From positions 124,001 through 188,000 of the IMG/VR virus record IMGVR_UViG_3300048625_000299: DNA of 64,000 nt. One strand, written 5' to 3'. The notes under the pieces were generated by a model that was given only the letters and a program-made list of their open reading frames with translations, was not told the origin of the DNA and searched no databases. Numbering within the stretch: position 1 is the first letter of the stretch; each line of letters opens with the position of its first letter. Positions 29,306 to 39,133 of this stretch are shown piece by piece. The position numbers and the translations under genes are program-made.

Positions 29306-30238
29306 ATGGCAATCGATTTCAATGCCCTCAAAACAAACCGCAAGTCTCTTACAGACAAGTTGGTATCAGAAGTTCAGAAACTGAACGCACCTGCCTCAGG
29401 CAACTCCCAAGACGAAGACAAATACTGGAAACCAGAAGTTGACAAAGCTGGTAATGGCTATGCTATTATCCGTTTCTTGCCAGCTCCAGGTGGTGAAGAC
29501 CTTCCATATGTCCGTATCTTCGACCACGGCTTCCAAGGCCCAGGCGGATGGTACATTGAGAAGTCTTTGACTACACTCAACCAAAAAGATCCAGTGTCTG
29601 AGTACAATTCACAACTGTGGAACTCTGGCATCGAAGCAAACAAAGACCTTGTTCGCAAATATAAGCGTCGTCTGTCGTTCACTTCCAACATCTATGTTGT
29701 TAAGGATCCAGCTCATCCAGAAAACGAAGGTAAAGTATTCTTGTTCAAGTATGGCAAGAAGATCTGGGACAAGATCGAACTCGCTATGAACCCAGAGTTC
29801 GAAGACGAGCAAAAGATCAACCCATTCGATTTGTGGGAAGGTGCTAACTTCAAGTTGAAGATCCGCAACGTTGAAGGCTACCGTAACTACGACAAGTCTG
29901 AATTCGAAGGCGCTGCTCCATTGTTTGCGAGCGACGAAGATCTCGAAGCAGTTTGGAAACAAGAGCACTCACTCGCTGAGTTGGTCGATCCAAAGAACTT
30001 CAAGACCTATGACGAATTGAAGACTCGTCTGAACCGTGCTCTCGGTTTGGACGGTGGCGCAGCTCAACCACGCACTACAGCTGAGTCTGCAAAGACAACA
30101 ACAGCTCCATGGGACGAGGAACCAGCAGCCGCGGCAGCTCCAGCATTTAAAACAGCTGCAGCAAGACCAGCTCCAGCAGCAACAGAAGACGACGATGACG
30201 AATCGCTCGCATTCTTCAAGAAGCTAGCTGAAGAGTAA
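29306..30238 (+). CDS. gp32: Single-stranded DNA-binding protein gp32
   Basis: WKPEVDKAGNGYAIIRFLPAP...HGFQGPGGWYIE...NPFDLWEGANFKLKIR; acidic tail. Confidence 0.97.
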   Translation: MAIDFNALKTNRKSLTDKLVSEVQKLNAPASGNSQDEDKYWKPEVDKAGNGYAIIRFLPAPGGEDLPYVRIFDHGFQGPGGWYIEKSLTTLNQKDPVSEYNSQLWNSGIEANKDLVRKYKRRLSFTSNIYVVKDPAHPENEGKVFLFKYGKKIWDKIELAMNPEFEDEQKINPFDLWEGANFKLKIRNVEGYRNYDKSEFEGAAPLFASDEDLEAVWKQEHSLAELVDPKNFKTYDELKTRLNRALGLDGGAAQPRTTAESAKTTTAPWDEEPAAAAAPAFKTAAARPAPAATEDDDDESLAFFKKLAEE

Positions 30239-30245
30239 AAAGTAA

Positions 30246-30267
30246 GGCCCCTTTCGGGGCCTTTTTT
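30246..30267. terminator. Bidirectional rho-independent terminator
   Basis: GGCCCC-TTTC-GGGGCC-TTTTTT between convergent genes. Confidence 0.85.
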
Positions 30268-32665
30268 ATTGGAATGTTGGAATTGCTCCGCCCGTCTTAT
30301 ACCACGGCTGACCGAAAGAGTGTTTCTCTTTGTATATGCTGACTGGTGGTACTGATGGAGGCGTCTTCGAGCTGTTGCCGCCTGTAGGAGTAGATGGTGC
30401 TGCTGGTGATGCTGCAACAGCATTGCCAGGCAGGCTATCAAAGTTACCAGTAAACATATTGCTAAAGTCGTTGAACCCTCTAATCGTTTCCTGGAACCCT
30501 TGCAAGGCTGCAATCTGATCGTCCTTCAGTCCCATACTCTTCAAACTTCTAGTTTGAATCATCATCGGGGTGTCCGGAACGCCAGCAGCAGTCGCCCCTG
30601 CAGTAACGGCCATTGGGCTATTGACGTTACCTACATCGATGCCGGACCCGGACGCCACTGTCTTAGCATAGTTTGCGATCTCGACTGGGTTGGTCGAGGT
30701 ATGCCACTGCTTTAGGCCTTGAGCGATTGTCAGGTTAGCGTACAAGGGTCTTTCCCACTGACGACGTTGAGCCATTAAGCCAGCTTGCTTAGAAGGAAAT
30801 CTTGCAAATTGACCGCCGTCCGATGCTGTGTCGCCTGGTGCCCCGCCAAATTCCTTCATCCAGTTTGCAAACTTCAAGTTGCCTGGGTTGTTATTTCTAA
30901 ACGACATCGACCCAGGATACCAACCTTCAGCTTTTGCCTGGCCACCAAGGATTTGCGATTTCTCTTCTTCTGTCAGATCGCTGAATTTCAAAGTTAGCAG
31001 CGATCTGCGTGCTTCACCTGAAGCCTCTGGCTGCAAACCAGAAGGTGTTTCGGTTGGCTTTGCGTTGTTTGTCTGAGGGGTCGGAGTTGTGTCGGTCTCT
31101 GTTATGCTAGCACCAGTTGTTTTCGGTGTACGTAGTTTTCCAGCCGCATATGATGAAGCAGCAGTAACGCCAAATCCAACAGCAGCCGCACCAGCTGGCG
31201 TAATGAACGGGGTAAGAGCTGCAGAACCGATCGATCCAACAAGCCCCATAGCCTCCATACCAGCAGCAGCGTAATCGCCATTCTCGATATCATCATATAT
31301 CTGCGGAAGCGTCATAGCGACATTCAATGCGCCGAGAAGTTTACCACCATATTTCGAAAATATCGATCCTGCTTGTTTACCAGCATCGCCAACGGCACTG
31401 ACAGCTTCCTTGACTCTTACGCCAGCCTTTTCCATCGATGTGAGTTGGCCATTGGCAAGACGGTCCATCTTTGCCTGCTGAGCTACCGAACGTCCACCAG
31501 CATCGCCTGGGATGACAATACCACCAGCAGTCATTCTTTCCCCGACACGTAGAGGGGATGATGGAGCATTAGTGGGAACTTGCCATGGGGCAGCTGTTGC
31601 GGCAGCAGGTGCCGATGGCGTTACTGCTTGAGCTGCGTTGGCCGCACGGGCCGCGCCTAGTCTGTTGAGAGCGCCGACTCCCTTGTAGCTGCCATATAAT
31701 CCAGCTCCAAGTGTCGCGAGCCCAATCGATTCCTCGGAATATTGTTCGCCACCAAAGAATCCGCCAACACCGCCAAGGACACCACCAGTCCAACCGCCCA
31801 TCTTTTTACCTGCCAAGAACCCCATAGAGGCACCTGTCATGCCACCAAGGTTTTTCTTATTCAGTGGAAGATCTTTACCAGCAGCATCAGTGCCGACGCC
31901 GAGTCCTTCTTTGACGTATTTGGAGATGGTAGGACTGAGGTCTGCAAATGCTTCCTTGACGCCTTGAACGATTGCACCACCAACTGCTGTCCCTACATCC
32001 TTGGCTGTTTCTTTGATTTGGGTATTGAGCTGTTTGGACAATTCATCAGATGATGGCAACCCAGCGCCCTTAAGAAAATCTTCAAGGAAGTTCTTAATCT
32101 CGTCCTTATTTTTGTATATCAAACCACCAGCTGCAACGCCAAGACCAGCCTTAGCGATGGTGCCTAGGTTGCCAGACAACAGGTCTCCGAGGGACGATAG
32201 CATCCCTCCCTTATCACCTGCCTTCTCGTTCTTATTGTCGTTTGCGAACAAGGATCCGAGTGAGGATGGGGAAGATGCATATGGACGGTTGTCGCCAGCA
32301 TTTTTTGATATTTGGTTTTGCGCTTTTAGTTGCGCAGTGCTGAGACTACGAATATCTTTAAGTAGCGCATTCATGGAACGAAGTTGTGCATTCATCCCAC
32401 TGAGACTGCTTGCTGTAGTCTTGCTTACTTTCTTGATATCGACGACGTCGTCTTTTTGCTTTTTGTCTGTCGACTTGCTTCCACTACCTTGTTGCTTCTT
32501 ATACTCAGCAACAGTCTGTCTGATAATGGGGCCCACACCTAAACCCAGCTTATACAGCGATCCACGTGGATCGAATTGATCCATGACAGCTTCTTTAGCT
32601 GTTCTGGCTGCTCCCGTTACCGTCTTTCTGGTACCTTGTGCTGCTGCGTCTAGTATGTTGGCCAT
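30266..32665 (-). CDS. Tape-measure/baseplate-hub-like protein with NNPGNL muramidase-like domain
   Basis: Long Ala/Gly-rich helical sequence; FRNNNPGNLKF...FARFPSKQAGL motif; follows gp26/gp51. Confidence 0.65.
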   Translation of the reverse strand: MANILDAAAQGTRKTVTGAARTAKEAVMDQFDPRGSLYKLGLGVGPIIRQTVAEYKKQQGSGSKSTDKKQKDDVVDIKKVSKTTASSLSGMNAQLRSMNALLKDIRSLSTAQLKAQNQISKNAGDNRPYASSPSSLGSLFANDNKNEKAGDKGGMLSSLGDLLSGNLGTIAKAGLGVAAGGLIYKNKDEIKNFLEDFLKGAGLPSSDELSKQLNTQIKETAKDVGTAVGGAIVQGVKEAFADLSPTISKYVKEGLGVGTDAAGKDLPLNKKNLGGMTGASMGFLAGKKMGGWTGGVLGGVGGFFGGEQYSEESIGLATLGAGLYGSYKGVGALNRLGAARAANAAQAVTPSAPAAATAAPWQVPTNAPSSPLRVGERMTAGGIVIPGDAGGRSVAQQAKMDRLANGQLTSMEKAGVRVKEAVSAVGDAGKQAGSIFSKYGGKLLGALNVAMTLPQIYDDIENGDYAAAGMEAMGLVGSIGSAALTPFITPAGAAAVGFGVTAASSYAAGKLRTPKTTGASITETDTTPTPQTNNAKPTETPSGLQPEASGEARRSLLTLKFSDLTEEEKSQILGGQAKAEGWYPGSMSFRNNNPGNLKFANWMKEFGGAPGDTASDGGQFARFPSKQAGLMAQRRQWERPLYANLTIAQGLKQWHTSTNPVEIANYAKTVASGSGIDVGNVNSPMAVTAGATAAGVPDTPMMIQTRSLKSMGLKDDQIAALQGFQETIRGFNDFSNMFTGNFDSLPGNAVAASPAAPSTPTGGNSSKTPPSVPPVSIYKEKHSFGQPWYKTGGAIPTFQ

Positions 32666-32668
32666 TTG

Positions 32669-32863
32669 TTATTTTTGTTTCTTATTGTTAAGCCGTTCGG
32701 TCTCTTGCTCTAAGTAATCTTTCAATAAGTCTACGTAGATATCTCTTTCATATGGTATCATGTCCTCAAAGTCACGAATTGAGTAGTGATGATGCTGAGC
32801 CAAGTTAAAAAGCAACTGGTAGTAGTTGCTTATCGTGTTGTGGCTCAGCCCAATATAAAAAAA
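32669..32863 (-). CDS. gp51: Baseplate hub assembly catalyst gp51-like ORF, lacks a canonical start (not in ORF track)
   Basis: LSHNTISNYYQLLFNLAQHHHYSIRDFEDMIPYERDIYVDLLKDYLEQE; frame opens at the T7 run at the end of gp26. Confidence 0.8.
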   Translation of the reverse strand, partial: FFYIGLSHNTISNYYQLLFNLAQHHHYSIRDFEDMIPYERDIYVDLLKDYLEQETERLNNKKQK

Positions 32864-33558
32864 TCATTGAGGTTTTGTAAGACCACTTTCTTTTCTACAC
32901 CGTTGCTATTTGTATACGAAGTTTCGTAGTGTAGTTTCGGCATCGTTTCTAAAAACTTCTGAATCTCTTTGAATGTAGTGACGTCTAGAGATGTAATGAA
33001 ATCTACCAACTCTTCGTCAGTGTAATCTTTAGTATCATATACTTCATTTTCGTCGTATACTTTATCGATACAGTACTTGATTACTTCAAAATATAAGTCA
33101 ACTTCAGATGAAGCCTGTTCGACTGCTTTAAGCATGTCGGTCTTAGGATAACGCAAAACTAATCCGAGCTGATCGTTGATCTTGATATTTGAGTTGTGGT
33201 CGGGATTATTGATAATCTCAACTTTGTCAAGATCGATTTGTAGTTTATAATCTTGATCATCGTCTGGATCGCGGTACGTTACATCGATTACGTTGTTGAT
33301 TGAACGACCACGTAGCTTGATGAACAGGTATTCGAGATCGAATGTTGCTAGCTTGTCAACATCCACAGTATCCAACAGACAATTATTAACGACTTGTTTG
33401 ATAGCCAATACTACGTCCCTAGTGTTGCCGGTAGTTTGTGCTGTAAGTAAGATCTTTTCCTCTTTGACGAGGAACGGACGCATCTTGACTTTTGTTTTGG
33501 ATGAAGGAATAACAACTTCAAAGATAGGATAATTAATTTTAGGAAGACTCATTTTCAC
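32845..33558 (-). CDS. gp26: Baseplate hub subunit gp26
   Basis: LPKINYP.F...IPS...VKMRPFLVKEEKILL...LATFDLEYLFIKLRGRSI. Confidence 0.92.
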   Translation of the reverse strand: MKMSLPKINYPIFEVVIPSSKTKVKMRPFLVKEEKILLTAQTTGNTRDVVLAIKQVVNNCLLDTVDVDKLATFDLEYLFIKLRGRSINNVIDVTYRDPDDDQDYKLQIDLDKVEIINNPDHNSNIKINDQLGLVLRYPKTDMLKAVEQASSEVDLYFEVIKYCIDKVYDENEVYDTKDYTDEELVDFITSLDVTTFKEIQKFLETMPKLHYETSYTNSNGVEKKVVLQNLNDFFILG

Positions 33559-33563
33559 CTCAG

Positions 33564-34481
33564 TTAATAGTTAAGTCGGTTTGGTAATAAAGAACGCAAT
33601 AATGTAGATCCAGAATTGACCACATTGAGTACGTCGTTGACGTTGCGTGGACTCTTGACGGAAGTAATAGTTTGCAGGACGGACGCACCCTTCATCACAT
33701 TATCGAATAGTGATGCGTTTTGTGATGCGAGCGTTTGGCGGCTTGGCTCGCGTAGTTGTAGTTCGAGACTGCCATCATATGCCCAATGTGAGTATGTAAA
33801 TGTTACAGGAATACGTACCAGGTCGTTGACACTAGACCAGTCTCTTTGGATTTCACCCAAAAACATAGGATATGCGTTGTATAGTTTGACAACACCAATC
33901 TTTTGTTGTACCTCATCGTATGTTACGATGTCGATTGTTGTCTTGTATGAGTCACGGTAGCTGAGCTCGAATGGTTTGCCATAAAAAGAGTCCAACGCTA
34001 CGCCAGCCTGCGGCATGTTATCAAACCCTATGATAGCGCTCATCCAAACATAGAAGAACTGGTGGATAATGCCGCGAGCATCTCCGATGAACGAAACGGT
34101 TACATCGTTGAATCCTGCTGAATATGGTTTCTTTTCAAGAGGGCCGACTCCATGACGTCTAACTGATGAGGTCATTAGTTGGATACCAGGCTGATTTACA
34201 CGCTCAGCACGCAAAGTGACTAGTTGCGACAACAGTGCACCAGCGTCAGGCACAACCCCTCCGAAAAGATTGGGAGGCGTTAGTCCGACGTATGTTAGGT
34301 TTGGCTTCTCGATCCCCCACTTACGAACGCCGGCTCTTACGCCTTCGGACGCTCTAGCGAAAGGTTCAGCAGAACGTTTTTCGCTAGTGGTTTGTTTGAG
34401 ACCAAAAACTTGGTTGGCAGCACCACCCAGTAGGCCTAGTGTGCCTAGAATTTGTTGGTTGCGGTCGTTGAGGGATGCCAT
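33564..34481 (-). CDS. Tail-tube-fold baseplate protein (gp54-like)
   Basis: RAERVNQPG...YSAGFNDVTVSF...KLYNAYP...IPVTFTYSHW gp19/gp54-like fold motifs. Confidence 0.7.
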   Translation of the reverse strand: MASLNDRNQQILGTLGLLGGAANQVFGLKQTTSEKRSAEPFARASEGVRAGVRKWGIEKPNLTYVGLTPPNLFGGVVPDAGALLSQLVTLRAERVNQPGIQLMTSSVRRHGVGPLEKKPYSAGFNDVTVSFIGDARGIIHQFFYVWMSAIIGFDNMPQAGVALDSFYGKPFELSYRDSYKTTIDIVTYDEVQQKIGVVKLYNAYPMFLGEIQRDWSSVNDLVRIPVTFTYSHWAYDGSLELQLREPSRQTLASQNASLFDNVMKGASVLQTITSVKSPRNVNDVLNVVNSGSTLLRSLLPNRLNY

Positions 34482-35089
34482 TATCTCTTTCTAATGATTC
34501 GTCTGCTGTCTTCGTGAACTTGCGATGTCGATGCTTTCTGGAATCTTTCCAACGGCAGGAATAGAGCGATACTCCACTCAGTTGCTGGGATTGGTACAAG
34601 GTTAGACGCCAATCCCTTATTTAGGTAGTGTTTCACGCATGGCTGGAAGTAACGATTCTTCGAAGCGCTTTGTAGGATTGCATAAGACAGTTGCAGTTTC
34701 GTTTTAGGATCCTTTGTGTCGCCAGTGGCCACAGTCATTAGCTGATCCATCAGTGCTGCTCTCATCGTGTGAGGAAGGTAATGCATGTTTATTCCCCACA
34801 TTCCTGTGCTGTCCACGTGGAAAGGAAACACTAGAGGATACTTGTCCCAATATGGCAGATCCTTTGCTGTCGTTGCCTGATATTGGAACAACAACATTTG
34901 TCCGATGATTGAGTTCGACGGCACGCCTTTTTGAACAACGGCTGGCGCAGACTTGATGACGGTCCTTGCATTCTTCATAGCCGAAGTTGCTGTCGTCTGC
35001 ACCCACTTGCGCGCCTCTGTGGTACGTGTAGGAATCGTCGATGAGTCGACGTTCTTTTTCAATAATGATGCAAATACACCAGTAGCCAT
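34481..35089 (-). CDS. gp2: DNA end protector protein gp2
   Basis: GQMLLFQY...LPYWDKYPLVF...GINMHYLP...PCVKHYL...W.IALFLP. Confidence 0.9.
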   Translation of the reverse strand: MATGVFASLLKKNVDSSTIPTRTTEARKWVQTTATSAMKNARTVIKSAPAVVQKGVPSNSIIGQMLLFQYQATTAKDLPYWDKYPLVFPFHVDSTGMWGINMHYLPHTMRAALMDQLMTVATGDTKDPKTKLQLSYAILQSASKNRYFQPCVKHYLNKGLASNLVPIPATEWSIALFLPLERFQKASTSQVHEDSRRIIRKR

Positions 35090-35090
35090 A

Positions 35091-35531
35091 TTAAATTCCT
35101 AGATGTTGTTCAGTTAGGATGCGAAACTTCCATGCCTTCTTGAGGCAGAACTCTTCCGCTGCTTGCCATTTAGCAGAATTAACACCCCACGTCATGACTT
35201 CGTTGATGTATTGTTTGGTTTTTCTTTTTTGAACGACGGGCGGCTGTGTCTGCTTCTTTGGTTTGATTTCGATAACCAGTGTTTCGACGTTACCATCTCT
35301 GTTCCTTTGCTTGATCCAGAAATCGGGAAAATAACGGTGAACGCGCCCGTCGACTGGTGATATGTATGGGATGCAGAATTCCTCGCTCGACCATTCCAAC
35401 ACGTCTGGGTGAGCGTCTAAATATATCATAAATTTTAATTCCCACGACGACCTGAAAACGATGCCAGAAGGATCGCCTTTATATTTTGTCGGATTCTTGG
35501 GACGGAAACTTCCCTTGTAACTTTTACTCAT
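35091..35531 (-). CDS. gp4: Head completion nuclease gp4
   Basis: YKGSFRPKNPTKYKGDP..IVFRSSWE...WSSEE..IPY...HRYFPDF...IEIKP. Confidence 0.95.
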   Translation of the reverse strand: MSKSYKGSFRPKNPTKYKGDPSGIVFRSSWELKFMIYLDAHPDVLEWSSEEFCIPYISPVDGRVHRYFPDFWIKQRNRDGNVETLVIEIKPKKQTQPPVVQKRKTKQYINEVMTWGVNSAKWQAAEEFCLKKAWKFRILTEQHLGI

Positions 35532-35549
35532 ATAGAATATTTATCTAAC

Positions 35550-36950
35550 ATGGCAAACAAATATACGCAGTATGGAGCAGTAGTTGCTGGCGCAACTGCC
35601 ATTCCGGCTGTATTTAAGGGCGTGGGTGCTGCTACTGATGCATTCAAAGCGTCAAATGCTCTGACTGCTGGTACGGATGTGTCGGGAGCAATGGGTGCTG
35701 CTGCTGATGCTGGTACGTCGGCGATGAGCTCTGCATTTAGTTCCACACTCAACAACCCAGCATTCCTAACTAGCGTCGGGGTGGGATTAGTGGGATTGGC
35801 TCTTGGGTCTGGATCTAAGATCCCCTCGCTCAATCTACCAAACCTTGCTGCGACAGCAGCAGTCGGGCTTAGCGTCAGCGCCTTACTCAAACAAGGTAAA
35901 GCGGCAGCAGCGTCGGCGGAACAAGCATCGATGGCGCGCGGTGGTTCGCTGACATCGCCATCGAACTTCAAGACGTCTGCTGCGATGGATCCTAATATCG
36001 CTGTTATGAACGAACGCGAAAAAGGAAAGACGCTGCAACTGACATTTCCGAAATCACTTAGCCCTGATTATTGGATGCGGTTTTCGGTACGCAAGTATGA
36101 TCGCAAGTCGTCGCAGTCGAATGCATCCAGCACATTGTCTGATTTCCACACCATGATTAAATTGCCGTTGCCCAACAACCTTGTAGATGCCATCAAAATA
36201 TCATATCAAGAATTAGGCATGGGGATGTTCGGAGGTCCGATGCTCGACATTGCAGACGATGCATATAAGGCATTCCAATCCAATGGTGGATCTATGGGCA
36301 GTAAGTTCGGAAGCGCCGCGCAGGCCGGAGTTGGCGGAATGGCTAAACTGCTTAGCGATGATAATGTCAAAGCAGCCTTGGCGCGTAAATTGATTACGAA
36401 CTCCACTATGGGTGCAGCATTTGACATGATAACTGGAAATGCGCCAAACCCACACATGGCCATATCATTCAATGGTGTCAACCTCAAAAAGCACTCTTAT
36501 ACTTGGAGATTTTCTCCCGACAACTATGCTGAAAGTAAGGAACTCGAAAACATCATTCGTAACCTTCAGGCTGCAGCTCTGCCAGGCATCGAAGGTGAAT
36601 ATGCTCTACTGTTGAAATTTCCTGATATTGTTATCGTGGAAATGAATCCCAGCAACTTGATCCCTTTCAAACCATGTGTGATCGACTCGGTTGGTATTAA
36701 CTATGCACCGAATGGCGTTCCTTCCTTCTTTAGAGCATACGATACATCTGCAGACGATGGTAAGAGATATCCAACAGAAGTCGAGATGACCATAATTCTC
36801 CGTGAAATGGATATCCACACAAGCGCGATGCCTTTCTACTCGGAGACACGTCAAGGGCAGAATGATTACTATGAAGGTGAGGCTCCATCCTCAGCTGTCC
36901 AAACATCAGAAGCCACTCAATTGAGTGATCTCAAACCAACAACGGCTTAA
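35550..36950 (+). CDS. gp48: Baseplate tail-tube cap gp48 with long Ala/Gly-rich N-extension
   Basis: IKLPLPNNL.D...NPHMAISFNGVNLKKHSYTWRFSP...ES...KFP...PCVIDSVGINYAPNG. Confidence 0.8.
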   Translation: MANKYTQYGAVVAGATAIPAVFKGVGAATDAFKASNALTAGTDVSGAMGAAADAGTSAMSSAFSSTLNNPAFLTSVGVGLVGLALGSGSKIPSLNLPNLAATAAVGLSVSALLKQGKAAAASAEQASMARGGSLTSPSNFKTSAAMDPNIAVMNEREKGKTLQLTFPKSLSPDYWMRFSVRKYDRKSSQSNASSTLSDFHTMIKLPLPNNLVDAIKISYQELGMGMFGGPMLDIADDAYKAFQSNGGSMGSKFGSAAQAGVGGMAKLLSDDNVKAALARKLITNSTMGAAFDMITGNAPNPHMAISFNGVNLKKHSYTWRFSPDNYAESKELENIIRNLQAAALPGIEGEYALLLKFPDIVIVEMNPSNLIPFKPCVIDSVGINYAPNGVPSFFRAYDTSADDGKRYPTEVEMTIILREMDIHTSAMPFYSETRQGQNDYYEGEAPSSAVQTSEATQLSDLKPTTA

Positions 36951-36951
36951 T

Positions 36952-37815
36952 ATGGCTCGATATTTCGAAAACTTCAACACAGCACAATACAACGACGAAA
37001 TTTGTCGCAATATTACTCACCGTGCGGGCATTACACGCGATGTGATGAATCGTACTTCTGTGTTTTATCCATACCAGACTAAGGAAGGCGAGCGTCCTGA
37101 TACGCTGTCGCACCTATACTATGAAGATTCGATGATGGAGTGGTTGGTGTTCTTCGCCAACGGTATCATCGACCCATATTATGGGTGGTATTTGTCTGGC
37201 GACCAATTCAACCAATACATCATCAGTAAGTATGGCTCGCTTGCTGAAGCGCAACTTAAAACACATCACTACCAAGTTAATTGGGTGGGTGATGATACTA
37301 AGCTAACAATCTCAGCATACGAAGGCCTCCAAAGTGTAGCTCCGATTAACCTTAAGCGGTACTGGGCTCCGGTATTAAATGAATATGGTAGTGTTGTGTT
37401 CTATCAACGTGCCCAATTAGATCTTACAGTGACGACAAACCGCATAACACAATTCACGGTGGCGTCGTCGGCTGGATTTGAGGTTGGTGAGTTAGTCAGC
37501 CAGCTCAGTGGCGACACAGTAGTAGGTTATGGAGAAATCGTCGCTCTAGATACTGGAAGCATTGTGATCAAGAACGTCAATGGGTTATTCGGCGCCGGTG
37601 TGGCAATTACTGGGTTTAGCTCAGGAACACAAGCAACACCAATAACCGTCACGGTGCTAACGGAAAACATTCCTACAGTAGAGCAAATATACTGGAGATC
37701 GGTGTCGATATATGACTTTGAAGAGTTGTTAAATGAGCAACGCAAGACTGTTAAACTTATCGATAAGAGATATGCAGAGCAAGCTCAACTCAACCTACAA
37801 GCTGTGATGGGATAA
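36952..37815 (+). CDS. gp53: Baseplate wedge subunit gp53
   Basis: YF.NF...YQTKEGERPDTLSHLYY.D...W.V.FAN.IIDPYYGW. Confidence 0.9.
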   Translation: MARYFENFNTAQYNDEICRNITHRAGITRDVMNRTSVFYPYQTKEGERPDTLSHLYYEDSMMEWLVFFANGIIDPYYGWYLSGDQFNQYIISKYGSLAEAQLKTHHYQVNWVGDDTKLTISAYEGLQSVAPINLKRYWAPVLNEYGSVVFYQRAQLDLTVTTNRITQFTVASSAGFEVGELVSQLSGDTVVGYGEIVALDTGSIVIKNVNGLFGAGVAITGFSSGTQATPITVTVLTENIPTVEQIYWRSVSIYDFEELLNEQRKTVKLIDKRYAEQAQLNLQAVMG

Positions 37816-37816
37816 C

Positions 37817-39133
37817 ATGGCAGAACAAAACGTACTCGGCCGTGCAATTATCAAAGAAGCTGTCATTTATAATGGTGATGGCGTTTCGTTGTCGGTTACA
37901 GATAATTTGATATCGGTGCAAATACATGAGGACATCTATAATCCTTTTGTTAGTTGCGAAATGATGCTGTTTGATTATGACAGCCTTGCAAAGAAGTTTC
38001 CTCTAGTTGGCGAAGAGTTCTTTAGATTCGCATATCAAAGCGTCGATGGTAAGATTGTAACTTATGAGTTCTTTTTAGGAACCAAGGACACGGCCGGCAT
38101 GACCGAGCTCAACTCCGCTAAGGGCTATGTTTTACGTGGAGTTACTAAGGAGCGCGCATTCGATACAGCGAAGACTGTATCGCGCGCATATACTGGTACA
38201 TATGCAAGTATCGCTGGCCAAATATTCGACGACTACATCAAACTAGATGCTGATGGTCATATGTTCAATTTTGAACCAAGCCGCGGCGTTGGTAGATTTG
38301 TCGTTCCGCAACTAAGTCCGCTGGCGGCCATCGACTTCTGTCGAGGCAGATCTGTTGCGACAGGAGAATCTCGTACGCCATTTACGTTTTTCCGCAGCTC
38401 AGAAGGCTATTCATTCACGTCGCTAAGTGGTCTGTTTAATAGACAAGGTTCACAACCATCTGCTTCAATAACTCACACATATGCAGCAAGACAGATGCCA
38501 GCCGAATATGATGAGCAACTTGCTAATGGTGTTAAAGTCGATATTATTAGCTTCGATATTGCATCGTTCTACGATACGACTGATAAAATTGACTCAGGTG
38601 CATTTAATACAGATTCATATTCATTCGACCTAACGACCAAGGCATTCGTGCTCAATAAGAGGTTCAACCTTGTCGATGATGGTAACAAATTCCAGCTTGG
38701 TGGTCAAGGATACAACAACCGTGCTAGTTTTGCAGAGACGTTTGCCAATACAAGATGTGTAGCATACTATGTTCCTACTGACTGCTCATGGGAGCTGAAC
38801 GACTCACAGAGCACACAAAAAGATCTATATTCTGAATATGTCGGTGAAATGAAAGCGTATGCTAACTTGCTAACTGAGTACAACATCCACTACACGATAT
38901 ACGGCGATTCGAATGTGACTGCAGGGCAAGTTATGAAGATCAACGTTCCACAGTCACGCGAGATCGCAGCCAAAGGCGAAGGCAAGAGCACTACAGATAA
39001 GATGTATTCTGGATCGTTCTTGTGTGCTCGAGTGGTACATACATTCAGTTTCAATGAAAACGTGGACTATTATGTCCACATTAGTGCCGTAAATGGCGCG
39101 CGCAATTATAGTATTGAGGATATCAGAACATGA
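37817..39133 (+). CDS. Baseplate hub protein (gp27-like)
   Basis: IHEDIYNPFVS...PLVGEEF...FFRSSEGYSF.SL...IYGDSNVTAGQV.....YSG.FL; sits between gp53 and gp5. Confidence 0.65.
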   Translation: MAEQNVLGRAIIKEAVIYNGDGVSLSVTDNLISVQIHEDIYNPFVSCEMMLFDYDSLAKKFPLVGEEFFRFAYQSVDGKIVTYEFFLGTKDTAGMTELNSAKGYVLRGVTKERAFDTAKTVSRAYTGTYASIAGQIFDDYIKLDADGHMFNFEPSRGVGRFVVPQLSPLAAIDFCRGRSVATGESRTPFTFFRSSEGYSFTSLSGLFNRQGSQPSASITHTYAARQMPAEYDEQLANGVKVDIISFDIASFYDTTDKIDSGAFNTDSYSFDLTTKAFVLNKRFNLVDDGNKFQLGGQGYNNRASFAETFANTRCVAYYVPTDCSWELNDSQSTQKDLYSEYVGEMKAYANLLTEYNIHYTIYGDSNVTAGQVMKINVPQSREIAAKGEGKSTTDKMYSGSFLCARVVHTFSFNENVDYYVHISAVNGARNYSIEDIRT

